A stretch of DNA of 64,000 nt. It comes from an uncultured Actinomycetota bacterium (lineage in GTDB: Bacteria; Actinomycetota; Actinomycetes; Propionibacteriales; Nocardioidaceae). Location of the stretch: positions 41,669-105,668 of the forward strand of contig CAVRBN010000071.1 of assembly GCA_963719255.1 (NCBI GenBank). The letters run 5' to 3'. The notes below the pieces were generated by a model that ran no database searches, had not been told where the DNA came from, and saw nothing but the letters and a program-made list of their open reading frames with translations. The position numbers and the translations under genes were made by a program. Shown here piece by piece: positions 21,085-31,892 of this stretch (within the stretch, counting starts at the first letter, position 1; each line of letters opens with the position of its first letter).

Positions 21085-22524
21085 TTAGGAGGATCCAGGC
21101 ACCATGAGGTCGAAGACGCGGTCCAGCGACTGCTCGCCCTCGAGGCTCCGTAGGACCTGCAGCAGCTCTCTCGCCTGCTGTTCCCCGAGCAACGGCTCCA
21201 CCTGACCCAGGAACTTGGCCGCGAACTCGTCGTCGCTCATCGGTTTGAGCGGGTGGCCCTTGGGATTCACGCCGACCAGTCAGTTGCTCGCCGTCGCTTC
21301 GAGCTGGATCTCGAAGCGGCAGGCCATCTGCCACGGGAAGCTGGCGGTGTACTGCCGGGTCCTCGATCAGCTCGATCGTGTCGGTGACTGCCAGCAGGTC
21401 CGGATCCCGGAACCGCTCGGGCTCGAAGGTCGCTTCAGTCGATGGCGCCGTCGACCAGGGCCGCAGCGATGAGATAGGGACCGCTGTGGTCTGCGGTCTC
21501 GCGGTTCGTCGGTTCCCAGAGGGCCGGGTCGCGCGTCCCGCGCCACCACCGACTTGCTCTCCATGTAGACACGCATCGCGCGCGATGTCGGCGCGGGTCG
21601 ACGGTCTGCCGCAGTTCGAGCGCCAGCTGGACCGGGCAGCTGCATCTCGTAGCGGAGCGGCAGCTGCTTGAAGTAGGTGTTCTCGATCCGGAACGGGTGG
21701 CCCGGTCGCCTCCGAACGGTACCGAGGGCGAACCGGTGGTCCAGCTGGCGCATGAATCCCCGGGGGCCCTCGAAGGCCATTTCTGGCCCGGTGATCCCCG
21801 CTTCGGCCAGCAGGGCCGCGAAGAGCCCGTTGCGGCTTCCGTTCGGGCCCGGCCAGTCCCTTCCAGTTCGAGATGGAGCCGACCCGGGTCTCGTAGAGGC
21901 AGATGTTCGGGACGACGGCCAGGCGCAGGGCGTTCGCCACCTGCTCCGGCGAGAGCCCGAGCAGCCGGACGCCGCCGCCGCGGTCGCGATGCTGTGGAAG
22001 ATCGGGTGGTCCCAGCCGTTCGCCGCGAATGACCACCTCGTCGACGAACTGTCCGCACACCTCGTACGCGATGACAACGCCTAGCAGGGTGTCGGCGCCG
22101 CTCGCGCCGGCTATCTGCGCGGCGGCCAGCACGCCGCCGATGTTGTCGCTCGGGTGCGGCCCGGTGTCGCCGTGTGCGTTCGTACTCGTCGGTGCCGAAG
22201 TAGTCGTCGTTGAAGTCGAGACAGCGGATCGATCGAGCCGTTGACGAACGCGGCCAGGTCCGGCGTTGTCTGGATCGAGGTGCCGAAGAGCGTGGCCGGA
22301 CCTGGTGCTGCTGGCGGTCGAGGCGATGCCGCGCAGCGCCCGGACGACGTCGGTGTGCGACTGCCGCCGAGGCCGCAGCCCACTGGCGTCGACCAGGCAA
22401 CGCTGGGCGGCGGTCCAGGCGGCGTCGGTGAGTCCTTAGGTGTCAGGCCTGCGTCGCGAACGAGGTGAAGTCGCGAACCACTGGAGTCGGCGATGTCGGC
22501 GACGGCCTGCTGGTCGTTGGTCAT
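21085..22524 (-). CDS. MmgE/PrpD family protein (copy 4, closest to the 2-methylcitrate dehydratase type), many frameshifts
   Basis: Fragments RCLDFNDDYF, HPSDN, GWDH, RVGSISNWKGLA, GITGPEMAFEG, NRETADHS, PKGHPLKPMSD over several frames. Confidence 0.75.
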
Positions 22525-22604
22525 CCGATGGCCTCTCGTGCGTCCTGTCCGCAGATTAGCAAAGAATGAAGTGTTTGACATTTTGCGTCCTTCGGGGCCA
22601 CCCG

Positions 22605-23987
22605 CTAGGCGTCCATCAGGTCGGCGAACGACGTGCGGGTACAGTCCATGAGCCCGGCCAGATCAGTCACGGCGGCTGGATCGACGGTGAATCCCAAGGT
22701 GCAGATACCTTCGTGCGAGACCAGGACGGCCATCACCGGGATGCCAGGCAGCGGTCCGAACGCGTAAAACCTCTCCACCTTGGTTCCCGACAGGTAGACC
22801 GCACAGTCGGGTCCGACGATGTTGCTCGCCTGCAGGTCCACCCGCCTGGCGTAGGCCTTGAGCGTCGGTGCTGTGAGCCAGGTAGGAGCCTGGTGCAGCA
22901 CGGGCGCAAGGCGGAGCGGGGCGTCGACACCGGGCTCGGCGCGCCGGGAGACCACCAACTCATGCACGGCCTCCAGCCTGCCGACCGGGTCACTGACCGA
23001 ACACGGACCAGATATCACCGCGGCACTGAAGTGGTTGCCGCTGTCGATGGACTGCTCACCGCCGACATCGATGGGGAACGCGACCGGCAGGTCGGTGACG
23101 ACCACGCCATGGGATTCGTGGTACGCCCCCATGCCGCCGAGCAAGCCAGCGAGGAACACATCGTTGACGGTCGCTGCATGTGCTTTGGCGACCCGGCGCA
23201 GATCGCTGAGTGGGAACTCGAGAGTCGCGAACTTGCGTGCCCTGCTGCGGGCACGCAGGAGCGGAGAAGGGTCCGCCGAGCCGTGCCCGTAGGTGCGAAG
23301 TGCCGAGTTGGCATAGGAGGCTGCCGTGGACACGGTCTCCACCGGCCGGAATGTGCCTCCCACCATGAGCCGCGCCAAGGAGTTTGCACGGTGCTGGCTG
23401 GTGAGCACCGTCTGGGACGAGGTGCGCACGACGTGGTCCCGAGCTGCCTTGAAGCCCGACCCGCGTTGCTCCAGTGTGACCAGGTCCTCGGTTGCGGGAT
23501 CGGGCTCGAGGTCGAGCAGGTTGGCCAACATGTGCAACGCTCGGACGCCGTCGGCGATCGCGTGGTGCACCCGAAGGAGTAACACTGCCCGGTCGCCCGC
23601 CACTCCCGTCACCAGCGTCGCGTCCCACAGGGGTCTCGCAGGGTCGAACGGGGAGGTGGCGGACTCGCTGGCCATGTCGAGCACCGCTTCGACCGACGTG
23701 TCGCCCGGAGCGCCGACCCGGCGTATGTGCTCACCGACGTCGAAGGCATCGTCGGGCACCCACTTGGCTCGCCCGAGCGGCCAGCCTGAGGTGGTGACAC
23801 GCTGCCGCATCCGCGGAACCGCTCGAGACGCGCGCTCGAAAGCGTGCGTGAGACGCGCCGGCTCCGGCGTACCGGCGAGGACCAGGGCGGCGCACATGAT
23901 GGCACGCGTGGTCGGATCTGCGTCTCCCTTGAGCAACAGGGCATCCAGAGGGGCGACAAGATCCGCGAGGTAGTGGGACATCGTCAC
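22605..23987 (-). CDS. Wax ester synthase/diacylglycerol acyltransferase (WS/DGAT)
   Basis: HHAIADG motif, PLW, TVNDVFL, GNHFS, ASNIVGP. Confidence 0.9.
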   Translation of the reverse strand: MTMSHYLADLVAPLDALLLKGDADPTTRAIMCAALVLAGTPEPARLTHAFERASRAVPRMRQRVTTSGWPLGRAKWVPDDAFDVGEHIRRVGAPGDTSVEAVLDMASESATSPFDPARPLWDATLVTGVAGDRAVLLLRVHHAIADGVRALHMLANLLDLEPDPATEDLVTLEQRGSGFKAARDHVVRTSSQTVLTSQHRANSLARLMVGGTFRPVETVSTAASYANSALRTYGHGSADPSPLLRARSRARKFATLEFPLSDLRRVAKAHAATVNDVFLAGLLGGMGAYHESHGVVVTDLPVAFPIDVGGEQSIDSGNHFSAAVISGPCSVSDPVGRLEAVHELVVSRRAEPGVDAPLRLAPVLHQAPTWLTAPTLKAYARRVDLQASNIVGPDCAVYLSGTKVERFYAFGPLPGIPVMAVLVSHEGICTLGFTVDPAAVTDLAGLMDCTRTSFADLMDA

Positions 23988-25628
23988 TCAGGGCCTGTCT
24001 TCCGGTCCGGCTTCGAGGACGAGCTCACGCAGCGCGAACTTCTGGATCTTGCCGCTTGGTGTGCGCGGCAAGGTGCGCGAGCAGGCGAAAGCTCTCCGGG
24101 TAGAACTGCTTGGCTACTCCGTGGACGGCCAGGAAGCGGGCCATCTCGTCAAGGTTCACGGTCGGGGTTGCAGGCTTGAGGACGACGCACGCGCACGCCG
24201 TCTCTCCCAGGCGATCGTGCGGCAGAGGCACCAGCGCGATCTCCTTGATCGCCGGGTGGGTGAGCAGGATGTTCTCGATCTCGACCACCGGGATGTTCTC
24301 GCCGCCTCGGATGATGATGTCCTTGGTCCGGCCCGAGATTCGGATGTGGTGACGGTCGTCAAGCAGTCGTGCCCGGTCTCCGGTCTTGAGGTGTCCGTCC
24401 GCGGTGAGGCTTTCCGCGTCGAGATCCGGCCGCTTGTAGTAGCCCTTGAAGAGGCCCGGCCCGCGAATGACGACATCGCCTTCCTGCCCGACGCGGACAG
24501 GTACGCCGTCGCCGTCCACGATCAGCACCTGTGCTCTGCCGGCCGGACGGCCGTCCGTCGTGCTCGCCAGGACCGGATCGTCGAACACCGTGGTTGCCGT
24601 GCCGATGGGATACTCACTCATCCCCCAGCCGGAGACGACTCGTGAGTTGTGCAGCGTCACGGCACGCTCGATCAGGACAGGCGGGATCGGCGCGCCCGCG
24701 CAGACGAAGACATCAGGGAAGGTGGCGTTCCCGCCTTCCCCGGCGACGTCGAGGAGGTCGCTCAGGAACGGGGTGGCGCCCATGGTGAAGTTGACGGAGT
24801 ATCTCGCGACGAGCTCCAGTGCGCGAGCGGGGTCCCAGGTCTCCAGCAGCACGACGTCTCCTGCTCCCCGGAGCGGCATCAGGATCCCCCAGGTGAAACC
24901 GGTCAGGTGACCGAACGGCGACATGACCAGCGAGGTGAGGCCGCGGGCGAAGCCGGAATGTTCCACGAAGTCGTCGATCACCGCGTGCATGGAGGCGTGC
25001 GAGTGCATCACTCCCTTGGACTCACCCGTCGTGCCCGAGGTGAATGCCAGGATTGCGAGGTCGTCGGGGTCTGCCGGGCAAGGGGGCAACGGGCGCTCGC
25101 TCTTCGTCCGAATCACCTCTGCGCTCGACATGACCCCGTCGGTCTCGGTGTCGCCGACGCAGATGACGTGGCGGAGGGTCGGCAGGTCGTCGGCCACCGC
25201 ACGCACCATGGCGGCGAAGTCGAAGTTTCGGTAGACGGCCGGGGCAACCAGGATCTTGCATTCGGTTCGCTGCAGGATGAAGGTCAGCTCGCGCTGCCGA
25301 TAGATGGTCGTGATCGGACAGACCACCGCGCCGAGCCTTGCCGCCGCGTAGGTGTAGATCACTCCCTCTGTCCAGTTTGGCAGCTGGAGACAGAGGACAT
25401 CCCCCTGTCCCAGGCCCAGCTCGGAGAGGCACGGCTGACGGTCAGGATGTCCGCCATCAGCTCGTCGTAGGTGAGTTCCACCCATTCGTCACCGTTCCGT
25501 AGTCCGGCGAGCGCCCGGCGACCGGACGTGACACGTTCATGGGCACGTTGCAGGGACCCGAACAGGGTGTCGCTCGGCGCCTTTGATCTTGCTAGCGGGA
25601 GTTCCTCACTCCCGGCACGCTGGGGCAT
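23988..25628 (-). CDS. Acyl-CoA synthetase, cyclohexanecarboxylate-CoA ligase (AliA)-like; frameshifts near 25430 and 24070
   Basis: QLPNW, FTSGTTGESKGVMH, GHLTGF, FTMGATPFL, WGMSE, TGD, IIRGGENIPVVEIE, PSGKIQKF. Confidence 0.85.
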
Positions 25629-25677
25629 CAACCTTCTCCGTCCTGAGCCCACGCACATCGTGGCTCGTGCCGACCCT

Positions 25678-26763
25678 TCACGCAGGCGCCGAATGACGCG
25701 CCAGCCAGTCCAGTACGCCGGGCATGGTGACTCGTTTGGCCGCGGAGCCCATCATTGCTCCGGCGTGACCGCCCGGCACGCGGAGGACCTCGACGTCCTC
25801 GGAACCGAGCAGGTCGGGCAGCGGCTTCGAGTTCGCGGGCGGGATGAACTCGTCTCGCTCGGCGACGACGATCAGCGTAGGCGTTCTGATGCGATCCAGT
25901 CGGACGGGATTCGCACCGAGCCTGGCAAGGCCCGTCATCAGGGCGTTCTCCTGGACGTACTGGGTGATCAGCTCCGTGAACGCCGGGCCGGCCATCGCTC
26001 GGTGGTTCCAGGCCCAGTGGTTCACGGCACGGTGGGACTCCACGTAGTCCTCACGCCACAGGTGCTCCCAGAGGGTCACATACTGCACGACGTCCGAGGT
26101 CGGCTGCAGCATGCGGAACATGGCACGAACGGCGCCCTCAGGAACGAGCCCCGTCGTCGTGTCGACGGCATCCTCGGGCTTCAGGCGACCCGCGCGGTAG
26201 TTGCCGAGGAATGCTGGGGAATGCTCGTAGTCGCACGGTGGCGTGAACAGGATCAGATTACCGGCCCGGACGTCGGTCCTGCTGCCCAGCGCGAGCAAGG
26301 CCATGAGCGCGCCCATGCAGTAGGCGCCGAAGGTCACTTCCTGCGCCGAGGAAAGTCGACGTACAGCGTCGACGGCATGGACGAAGTAGCCGTCGAGGTA
26401 GGTCTCTAGCGTGTGTCGCCCTTCGGCGGCCTCAGGTCGCCCCCAGTCGAAGAGGAAGACGTCGAAGCCCTCGGCGACCAGCCGTTCGACCCAGGAGTTG
26501 CCAGGGAAGAGGTCGAAGATGGCGGGGTCGCCCACGAGCCCCAGAAACAGGAGTACTGGCGGCTTGCGTCGCACGTCAGGGTTGTCGTACCGCCAGAGCT
26601 TGGCCTTTCCCAGTGACCACACCTCGTCCTTGGGCGTGAGGCTCATCCGCGGCGGGGGCCGTCGAGCGATGAGCTCGATCCCCTTCCTGGCCCGCAGCTG
26701 GGTGCGCGCCACCTCGCGCGTGATCCCGCGCGCCGCGTCCAACGCCTGGGCCACCGCGTTCAC
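25678..26763 (-). CDS. phaC: Class III-type polyhydroxyalkanoate synthase
   Basis: 361 aa; TPKDEVW, DWG, GAYCMG lipase-like box, AERDEF, GGHAG (Cys-Asp-His triad). Confidence 0.78.
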   Translation of the reverse strand: MNAVAQALDAARGITREVARTQLRARKGIELIARRPPPRMSLTPKDEVWSLGKAKLWRYDNPDVRRKPPVLLFLGLVGDPAIFDLFPGNSWVERLVAEGFDVFLFDWGRPEAAEGRHTLETYLDGYFVHAVDAVRRLSSAQEVTFGAYCMGALMALLALGSRTDVRAGNLILFTPPCDYEHSPAFLGNYRAGRLKPEDAVDTTTGLVPEGAVRAMFRMLQPTSDVVQYVTLWEHLWREDYVESHRAVNHWAWNHRAMAGPAFTELITQYVQENALMTGLARLGANPVRLDRIRTPTLIVVAERDEFIPPANSKPLPDLLGSEDVEVLRVPGGHAGAMMGSAAKRVTMPGVLDWLARHSAPA

Positions 26764-27098
26764 TGGGGCTCCTCGTCACCGGGTTCTTCAGACTCAGGCT
26801 CGAGCTCGTCCGGCTCACGACTCGCCAGCTCGCGCCGAAGTGACATCAGCTCCCTCTGAACCTCACCCAGCTGGCGCTCGACATCGCGCACTCGTGAGCG
26901 CGATGGCAGCCCCAACAGCTGCAGTCCCCATGAGGCGAGGCCACCGACCGGCGCTGTGACCAGCCTCTTCGCGCGTCCCAGCCGCTGGGCGGCGATCTGG
27001 AAGTCCGGCGAACTAGTGGCCGATCTGATGGGCGGCGTGACCAGTCGCTCCACGCCGTCGAAGGCTCGCCGCCAGGCAGGAGGCTCGTTCGGGGCCAC
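26760..27098 (-). CDS. Small PhaE/PhaR-like coiled-coil partner protein
   Basis: 4-bp overlap with phaC; C-terminal LPSRSRVRDVERQLGEVQREL resembles the PhaE tail. Confidence 0.55.
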   Translation of the reverse strand: MAPNEPPAWRRAFDGVERLVTPPIRSATSSPDFQIAAQRLGRAKRLVTAPVGGLASWGLQLLGLPSRSRVRDVERQLGEVQRELMSLRRELASREPDELEPESEEPGDEEPQ

Positions 27099-27099
27099 G

Positions 27100-28053
27100 T
27101 CAGTCGGTGTCGTTCTGTCGCGGATTGAAGCGTCGCACGATGCCGTTCGTCAGATAACCAGGATGGGCGCTTCGCGGGGTCGCGCGTAGGTAGGCGGCCA
27201 GCTCCTCGGAGCCGACGGTCGCCGCGTTCGTCCAGGCACGCGTCTCGGAGTAGTCCTCAGCGCCCAGGAAGTCGGCGACGGCAGCGCCGGCACCTGACGC
27301 ACCGTCGTGCAGGAGATAGTGGCCCCACCTGTCGAAGACGGCGAGTCGCGCGTTGGGGAGGTAGGCCGCGAGAACCGCGGAGTTGGCCATCGGCATCAAC
27401 CGGTCCTCTGCGCCGGTGAGCACCAGGGTCGGCTGGTTCACCCGATGCAGCCACGGGAGGCTGTGGAAGGTCGACATTGCGGCCATCTGCAGCACGTAGC
27501 CGATGGGAGACGGCGGCGCCTCCCGGTGCCAGTCCGCGTTCTGGGCCATCACGGAGGTGCTTTCCCTCTCCGCCGGGGCGAGGTCGACCATCTTGACCGT
27601 GAGCTTGTAGCCGGCCTCCGAGTAGTGGCGTGCCGGGGTCGAGACCGCCATCAGCGCTCGCAGTGAGCCAGGGATTCCGCCGGCCCCGCACGAGCTGCTG
27701 GCGAGCACCAGGCGCCGCACCCGGTCGGGCTCGTCGAAAGCGAGCCGTTGTGCGACGGCACCTCCCAGCGAGTAGCCGAGGACGTCGACGCGTTCGAGGC
27801 CGACGTCATCCAGGACACGACGCGCAACTTCTGCGATCCGCGCGATGGTGTACGGCAACAACGGCGACCGGGAGTGTCCCGTTCCGGGCGCATCGAAACT
27901 GATGACCTGGAATCCTCCGAGCTGCTCCACAAGGGGTGTCCACGTGGTGACGTTCGCGCCCAGCCCGTTGATCAGCAGCACCGGGGGGCCTTCACCGTGC
28001 ACCCGCACACGGACCCTGCGGCCGTTGATCTCGACCGATCTCTCGATGCTCAA
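27100..28053 (-). CDS. Alpha/beta hydrolase, PhaZ-like
   Basis: LINGLGA, DAPGTG, GYSLGG, SLPWL, GAED, WGH. Confidence 0.75.
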   Translation of the reverse strand: MSIERSVEINGRRVRVRVHGEGPPVLLINGLGANVTTWTPLVEQLGGFQVISFDAPGTGHSRSPLLPYTIARIAEVARRVLDDVGLERVDVLGYSLGGAVAQRLAFDEPDRVRRLVLASSSCGAGGIPGSLRALMAVSTPARHYSEAGYKLTVKMVDLAPAERESTSVMAQNADWHREAPPSPIGYVLQMAAMSTFHSLPWLHRVNQPTLVLTGAEDRLMPMANSAVLAAYLPNARLAVFDRWGHYLLHDGASGAGAAVADFLGAEDYSETRAWTNAATVGSEELAAYLRATPRSAHPGYLTNGIVRRFNPRQNDTD

Positions 28054-28068
28054 CCCGTTGCCCCGTCC

Positions 28069-28635
28069 TCACGCGACGACCTCGTCCAGGCCGAGGACCT
28101 GACTACGACCCCACTGCTCACTGGCGCGGTGGGTCAGGAGCATGAGGTCATGAAAGTCGCCGGTGCCGTCCCGGACGAAGTCGGCCAGCAGCGCCTCCGG
28201 CTCGAAACCCATGTCCTGGAACATCGCCACCAGAGCATCCTGCTCGGCGACGACCTCGACGTAGGCAAGGCTGCAACCGAGCTCCAGGGCCTCGAGCAGC
28301 GCAGAGCGGGCCAAGGCGCGGCCGACACCGTGCCGACGACGGTTCGAGGAGACGATGACGCGCAGTTCAGCGACGTGCGACGACCATCCCTCGCCCGGAA
28401 AGGCGCCGGCCATCCCGACGATCTCCCCGTCATCCTCGACCGCCACCACACGGCGCACCTCGGGGTCGTGCAGGTATTCCAGAAAGGCCTCAGTGGGACG
28501 CTCGAGGTTCTCCTTGAGGAACCTTCGCTCGCCCTCGGGCACCTGGGAGACGAAGTGGGAGAACGCCGGTCCGTCGTCGTCCGCCATCGGTCGGACCGAG
28601 AACCTGTCCGGGGCGTCCGTACCGGGAGCGGTCAT
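28069..28635 (-). CDS. GNAT family N-acetyltransferase
   Basis: RRRHGVGRAL acetyl-CoA motif, MGFEPEA. Confidence 0.85.
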   Translation of the reverse strand: MTAPGTDAPDRFSVRPMADDDGPAFSHFVSQVPEGERRFLKENLERPTEAFLEYLHDPEVRRVVAVEDDGEIVGMAGAFPGEGWSSHVAELRVIVSSNRRRHGVGRALARSALLEALELGCSLAYVEVVAEQDALVAMFQDMGFEPEALLADFVRDGTGDFHDLMLLTHRASEQWGRSQVLGLDEVVA

Positions 28636-28725
28636 GAGCGCACATTAGTCAAACAATTACAACGTAGTCAATATCATGCGACAGCAAGGCAGCTCGAGAT
28701 CCACGGAAATGTCCGACCTACGTGG

Positions 28726-30146
28726 TCAGAGTGCGCGGAGGATGTCTTCGACGCGGTCTTTGGCGTCGCCGAAGAGCATGGCTGAGTTGTCGCGGTAGAA
28801 GAGGGGGTTGGCGACGCCGGCGTAGCCGGAGGCCATGGAGCGTTTGAAGATGATGACGTCGTCGGCGTCCCAGACTCTGAGCACGGGCATGCCGGCGATG
28901 GGGCTGCCGGGGTCGTCGAGGGCGGCGGGGTTGACGGTGTCGTTGGCGCCGATGACCAGGACGACGGCGGTGTCGTCGAAGTCGTCGTTGATCTCGTCCA
29001 TCTCCAGGACGATGTCGTAGGGGACCTTGGCCTCGGCGAGCAGCACGTTCATGTGGCCCGGGCAGGCGGCCGGCGACGGGGTGGATGCCGAACCGGACGG
29101 TGACGCCTTTCTCGCGGAGCTTGCGGGTCAGTTCGGCGACGCCGTGTTGGGCTTGGGCCACCGCCATGCCGTAGCCGGGGGTGATGATCACGGTGTCGGC
29201 CTCGCCGAGCAGTTCGGCCACACCCTCGGCGGTGATCTCGCGGTGCTCGCCGTAGTCCTTGTCGTCGGCCGGGCCGGCCTCGATGCCGAAGCCGCCGGCG
29301 ATGACGGAGATGAAGGAGCGGTTCATGGCCCGGCACATGATGTAGGACAGGTAGGCACCCGAGGAGCCGACCAGGGCGCCGGTGATGATCAGCAGGTCGT
29401 TCTCGAGCAGGAACCCGGACGCGGCCGCCGCCCAGCCGGAGTAGCTGTTCAGCATGGACACGACCACGGGCATGTCGCCGCCGCCGATGGAGGCGACCAG
29501 ATGCCAGCCCAACCCGAGCGCGATCAGGGTGACCGCGACCAGCAGCCACAGCTGCGGGTCGACCACGAACCAGCCGGTCAGGACGGCGAACGCGACCAGG
29601 GCACCCAGGTTCAACACGTTCTTGCCCGGCAGCATCAGCGGGTTGGACTTGATCCGGGCCGACAGTTTGAGGAACGCCACGATCGACCCGGTGAAGGTGA
29701 CCGCTCCGATGAACACCCCGATGAACACCTCGGCGTGGTGGATGCCCAGCGTCTCCAGCGCCTGGAGGTGGTGTGCCTCGGCGCCGTCGAGGTCGGCCTC
29801 GACGTGCAGGTAGCCGTTCCAGCCGACCAGCACCGCGGCCAGACCGACAAAGGAGTGCAGCAGCGCGATCAGCTCCGGCATCCCGGTCATCTCGACCACC
29901 CGGGCCCGCCACAGCCCGATCGCGGCACCGATCGCGGTCGCCACCAGCAACAGCGCCAGGCCGGTGCCCTCGATGTCCCGGTCCACCGCCAGCACGATCG
30001 TCGCGACCAGAGCGACCGCCATGCCGGCCATCCCGAACGTGTTGCCGACCTTGGCGGTCTCGTGATGGGACAACCCCGCCAACGCCAGGATGAACAACAG
30101 ACCAGCCACGATGTAGGCCGCCTGCGCGACAGTCTCGACAGCTCAC
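28726..30146 (-). CDS. pntB: NAD(P) transhydrogenase beta subunit (frameshifts near 30140 and 29055)
   Basis: [70 protein letters not shown]. Confidence 0.95.
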
Positions 30147-30171
30147 TCTGGTCAGCTCTCTCTGTACCTGG

Positions 30172-31728
30172 TCAGCTTCGGGAGAACATGGCGAGCATCC
30201 GGCGGGTCACCGCGAAGCCACCGAACACGTTGATGGCGGCCAGCAGGATCGCCACCGTCGACAAAACGGTGATCACGGTGCCGTTGCTGGGTCGCTGTGG
30301 CCGATCTGCAGCAGCGCACCGACCACGATGATCCCGGAGATCGCGTTGGTCACCGACATCAGCGGCGTGTGCAGCGCGTGATGGACGTGGCCGATCACGT
30401 AGTAGCCGATCACGATCGCCAGCGCGAACACCGTCAGGTGCCCCAGCAGCGCACTCGGAGACAACGCCGCCAGCACGAACAGGGCCGCGGCCGCGATGCC
30501 CACCACGGTGAGCCGTTTCTGCGGCGAGGTCGGTTGCTTGACCGGCGACTCCGCCGGCGCCACCGCAGCCGACCCCGCAGCCGACCGCGCGCGACCGCCG
30601 GCGTAGCGGAGACCTGGACCGGGGGCGGCGGCCAGGTCAGCTCACCGTCGCGGACCACGGTCATCGAGCGTTGGACGACGTCGTCGAAGTCCAGCACCAG
30701 ACTGGCCGTCCTTGCCCGGGGTCATCAGCTTCATCAGGTTCACCAGGTTGGTGCCGTACAGCTGCGACGCCTGGGTCGGCAGCCGCCCCGCGAGATCGGT
30801 GTAGCCGATGATCGTCACCCCGTTCTCGGTGACCACCACCTCGCCTGCGACCGCACCCTCGACGTTGCCGCCGTTCGACGCGGCCATGTCCACGATCACA
30901 CTGCCCGACCTCATGCGACGCCACCATCTCGGCGGTGATCAGCCGCGGCGCCGGCCTCCCGGGAATCAGGGCCGTGGTGATGATGATGTCCACGTCGCCA
31001 GCCTGCTCGGCATACAGGTCGGCCGCCCGCTGGTTGTAGTCCTCCGACATCTCCTTGGCATAACCGGTCGCGGACACCTCGACATCGGCCGCCTCCACCG
31101 ACAGGTACTCCCCACCCAGCGACCGCACCTGGTCGGCCACCTCGGGCCGCGGGTCGGTCGCCCGCACGATCGCACCCATACTCCCCGCAGCGCCGATCGC
31201 AGCCAGACCCGCAACCCCGACCCCCGCGACCAGCACCTTGGCCGGCGGCACCTTGCCCGCAGCCGTCACCTGACCGGTGAAGAACCGGCCGAACACGTGC
31301 GCCGCCTCGATCACCGCCCGGTAGCCGGCGATGTTGGCCATCGAACTCAACACATCCAACGACTGCGCCCGCGAGATCCGCGGCACCGCATCCATCGCCA
31401 ACGCCGTGATCGGACGCCCCGCCAGATCCTCGACCAGCCCCGGGTTCAAACCCGGGGACAGGATGCTGATCAGCGTGGCACCCTCACGAAGACCGTCCAA
31501 CTGCTCGCTCGAAGGCGCGTTGACACCGAACACGATGTCCGCCGCCAGCGCGTCGCCGACCGTGGCGCCCGCCTCGACGTACGCCGCGTCCGGGAAGCTC
31601 GACGCCAAGCCCGCACCCGGGTCGACCACCACCTCGTAGCCCAGGGTGCGCAACTGCGTCACCGTCGCCGGCGTCGCCGCCACCCGCGTCTCCGCCACTC
31701 GAGCCTCTTTGACGACTCCGATGATCAT
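30172..31728 (-). CDS. pntA: NAD(P) transhydrogenase alpha subunit (several frameshifts)
   Basis: [64 protein letters not shown]. Confidence 0.95.
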
Positions 31729-31892
31729 GTGGCTCTCTCCAAAGGCAGGACCTGGTGCATCGCTCGACCGCGTCTGCGAGTCGCCATCCGACGACCCGCC
31801 CGGCGCATGTTACCAGCCAAGATAATGCCGGACAATTGTCATTTCGACGGTACGAACGAACTGCGTGCCACCGCCAATGAGCGCGGACACGC

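Noticed and set aside
30560-30600. Short repeat CCGCAGCCGACC
   Set aside because: Encodes the Ala/Pro-rich linker inside PntA.
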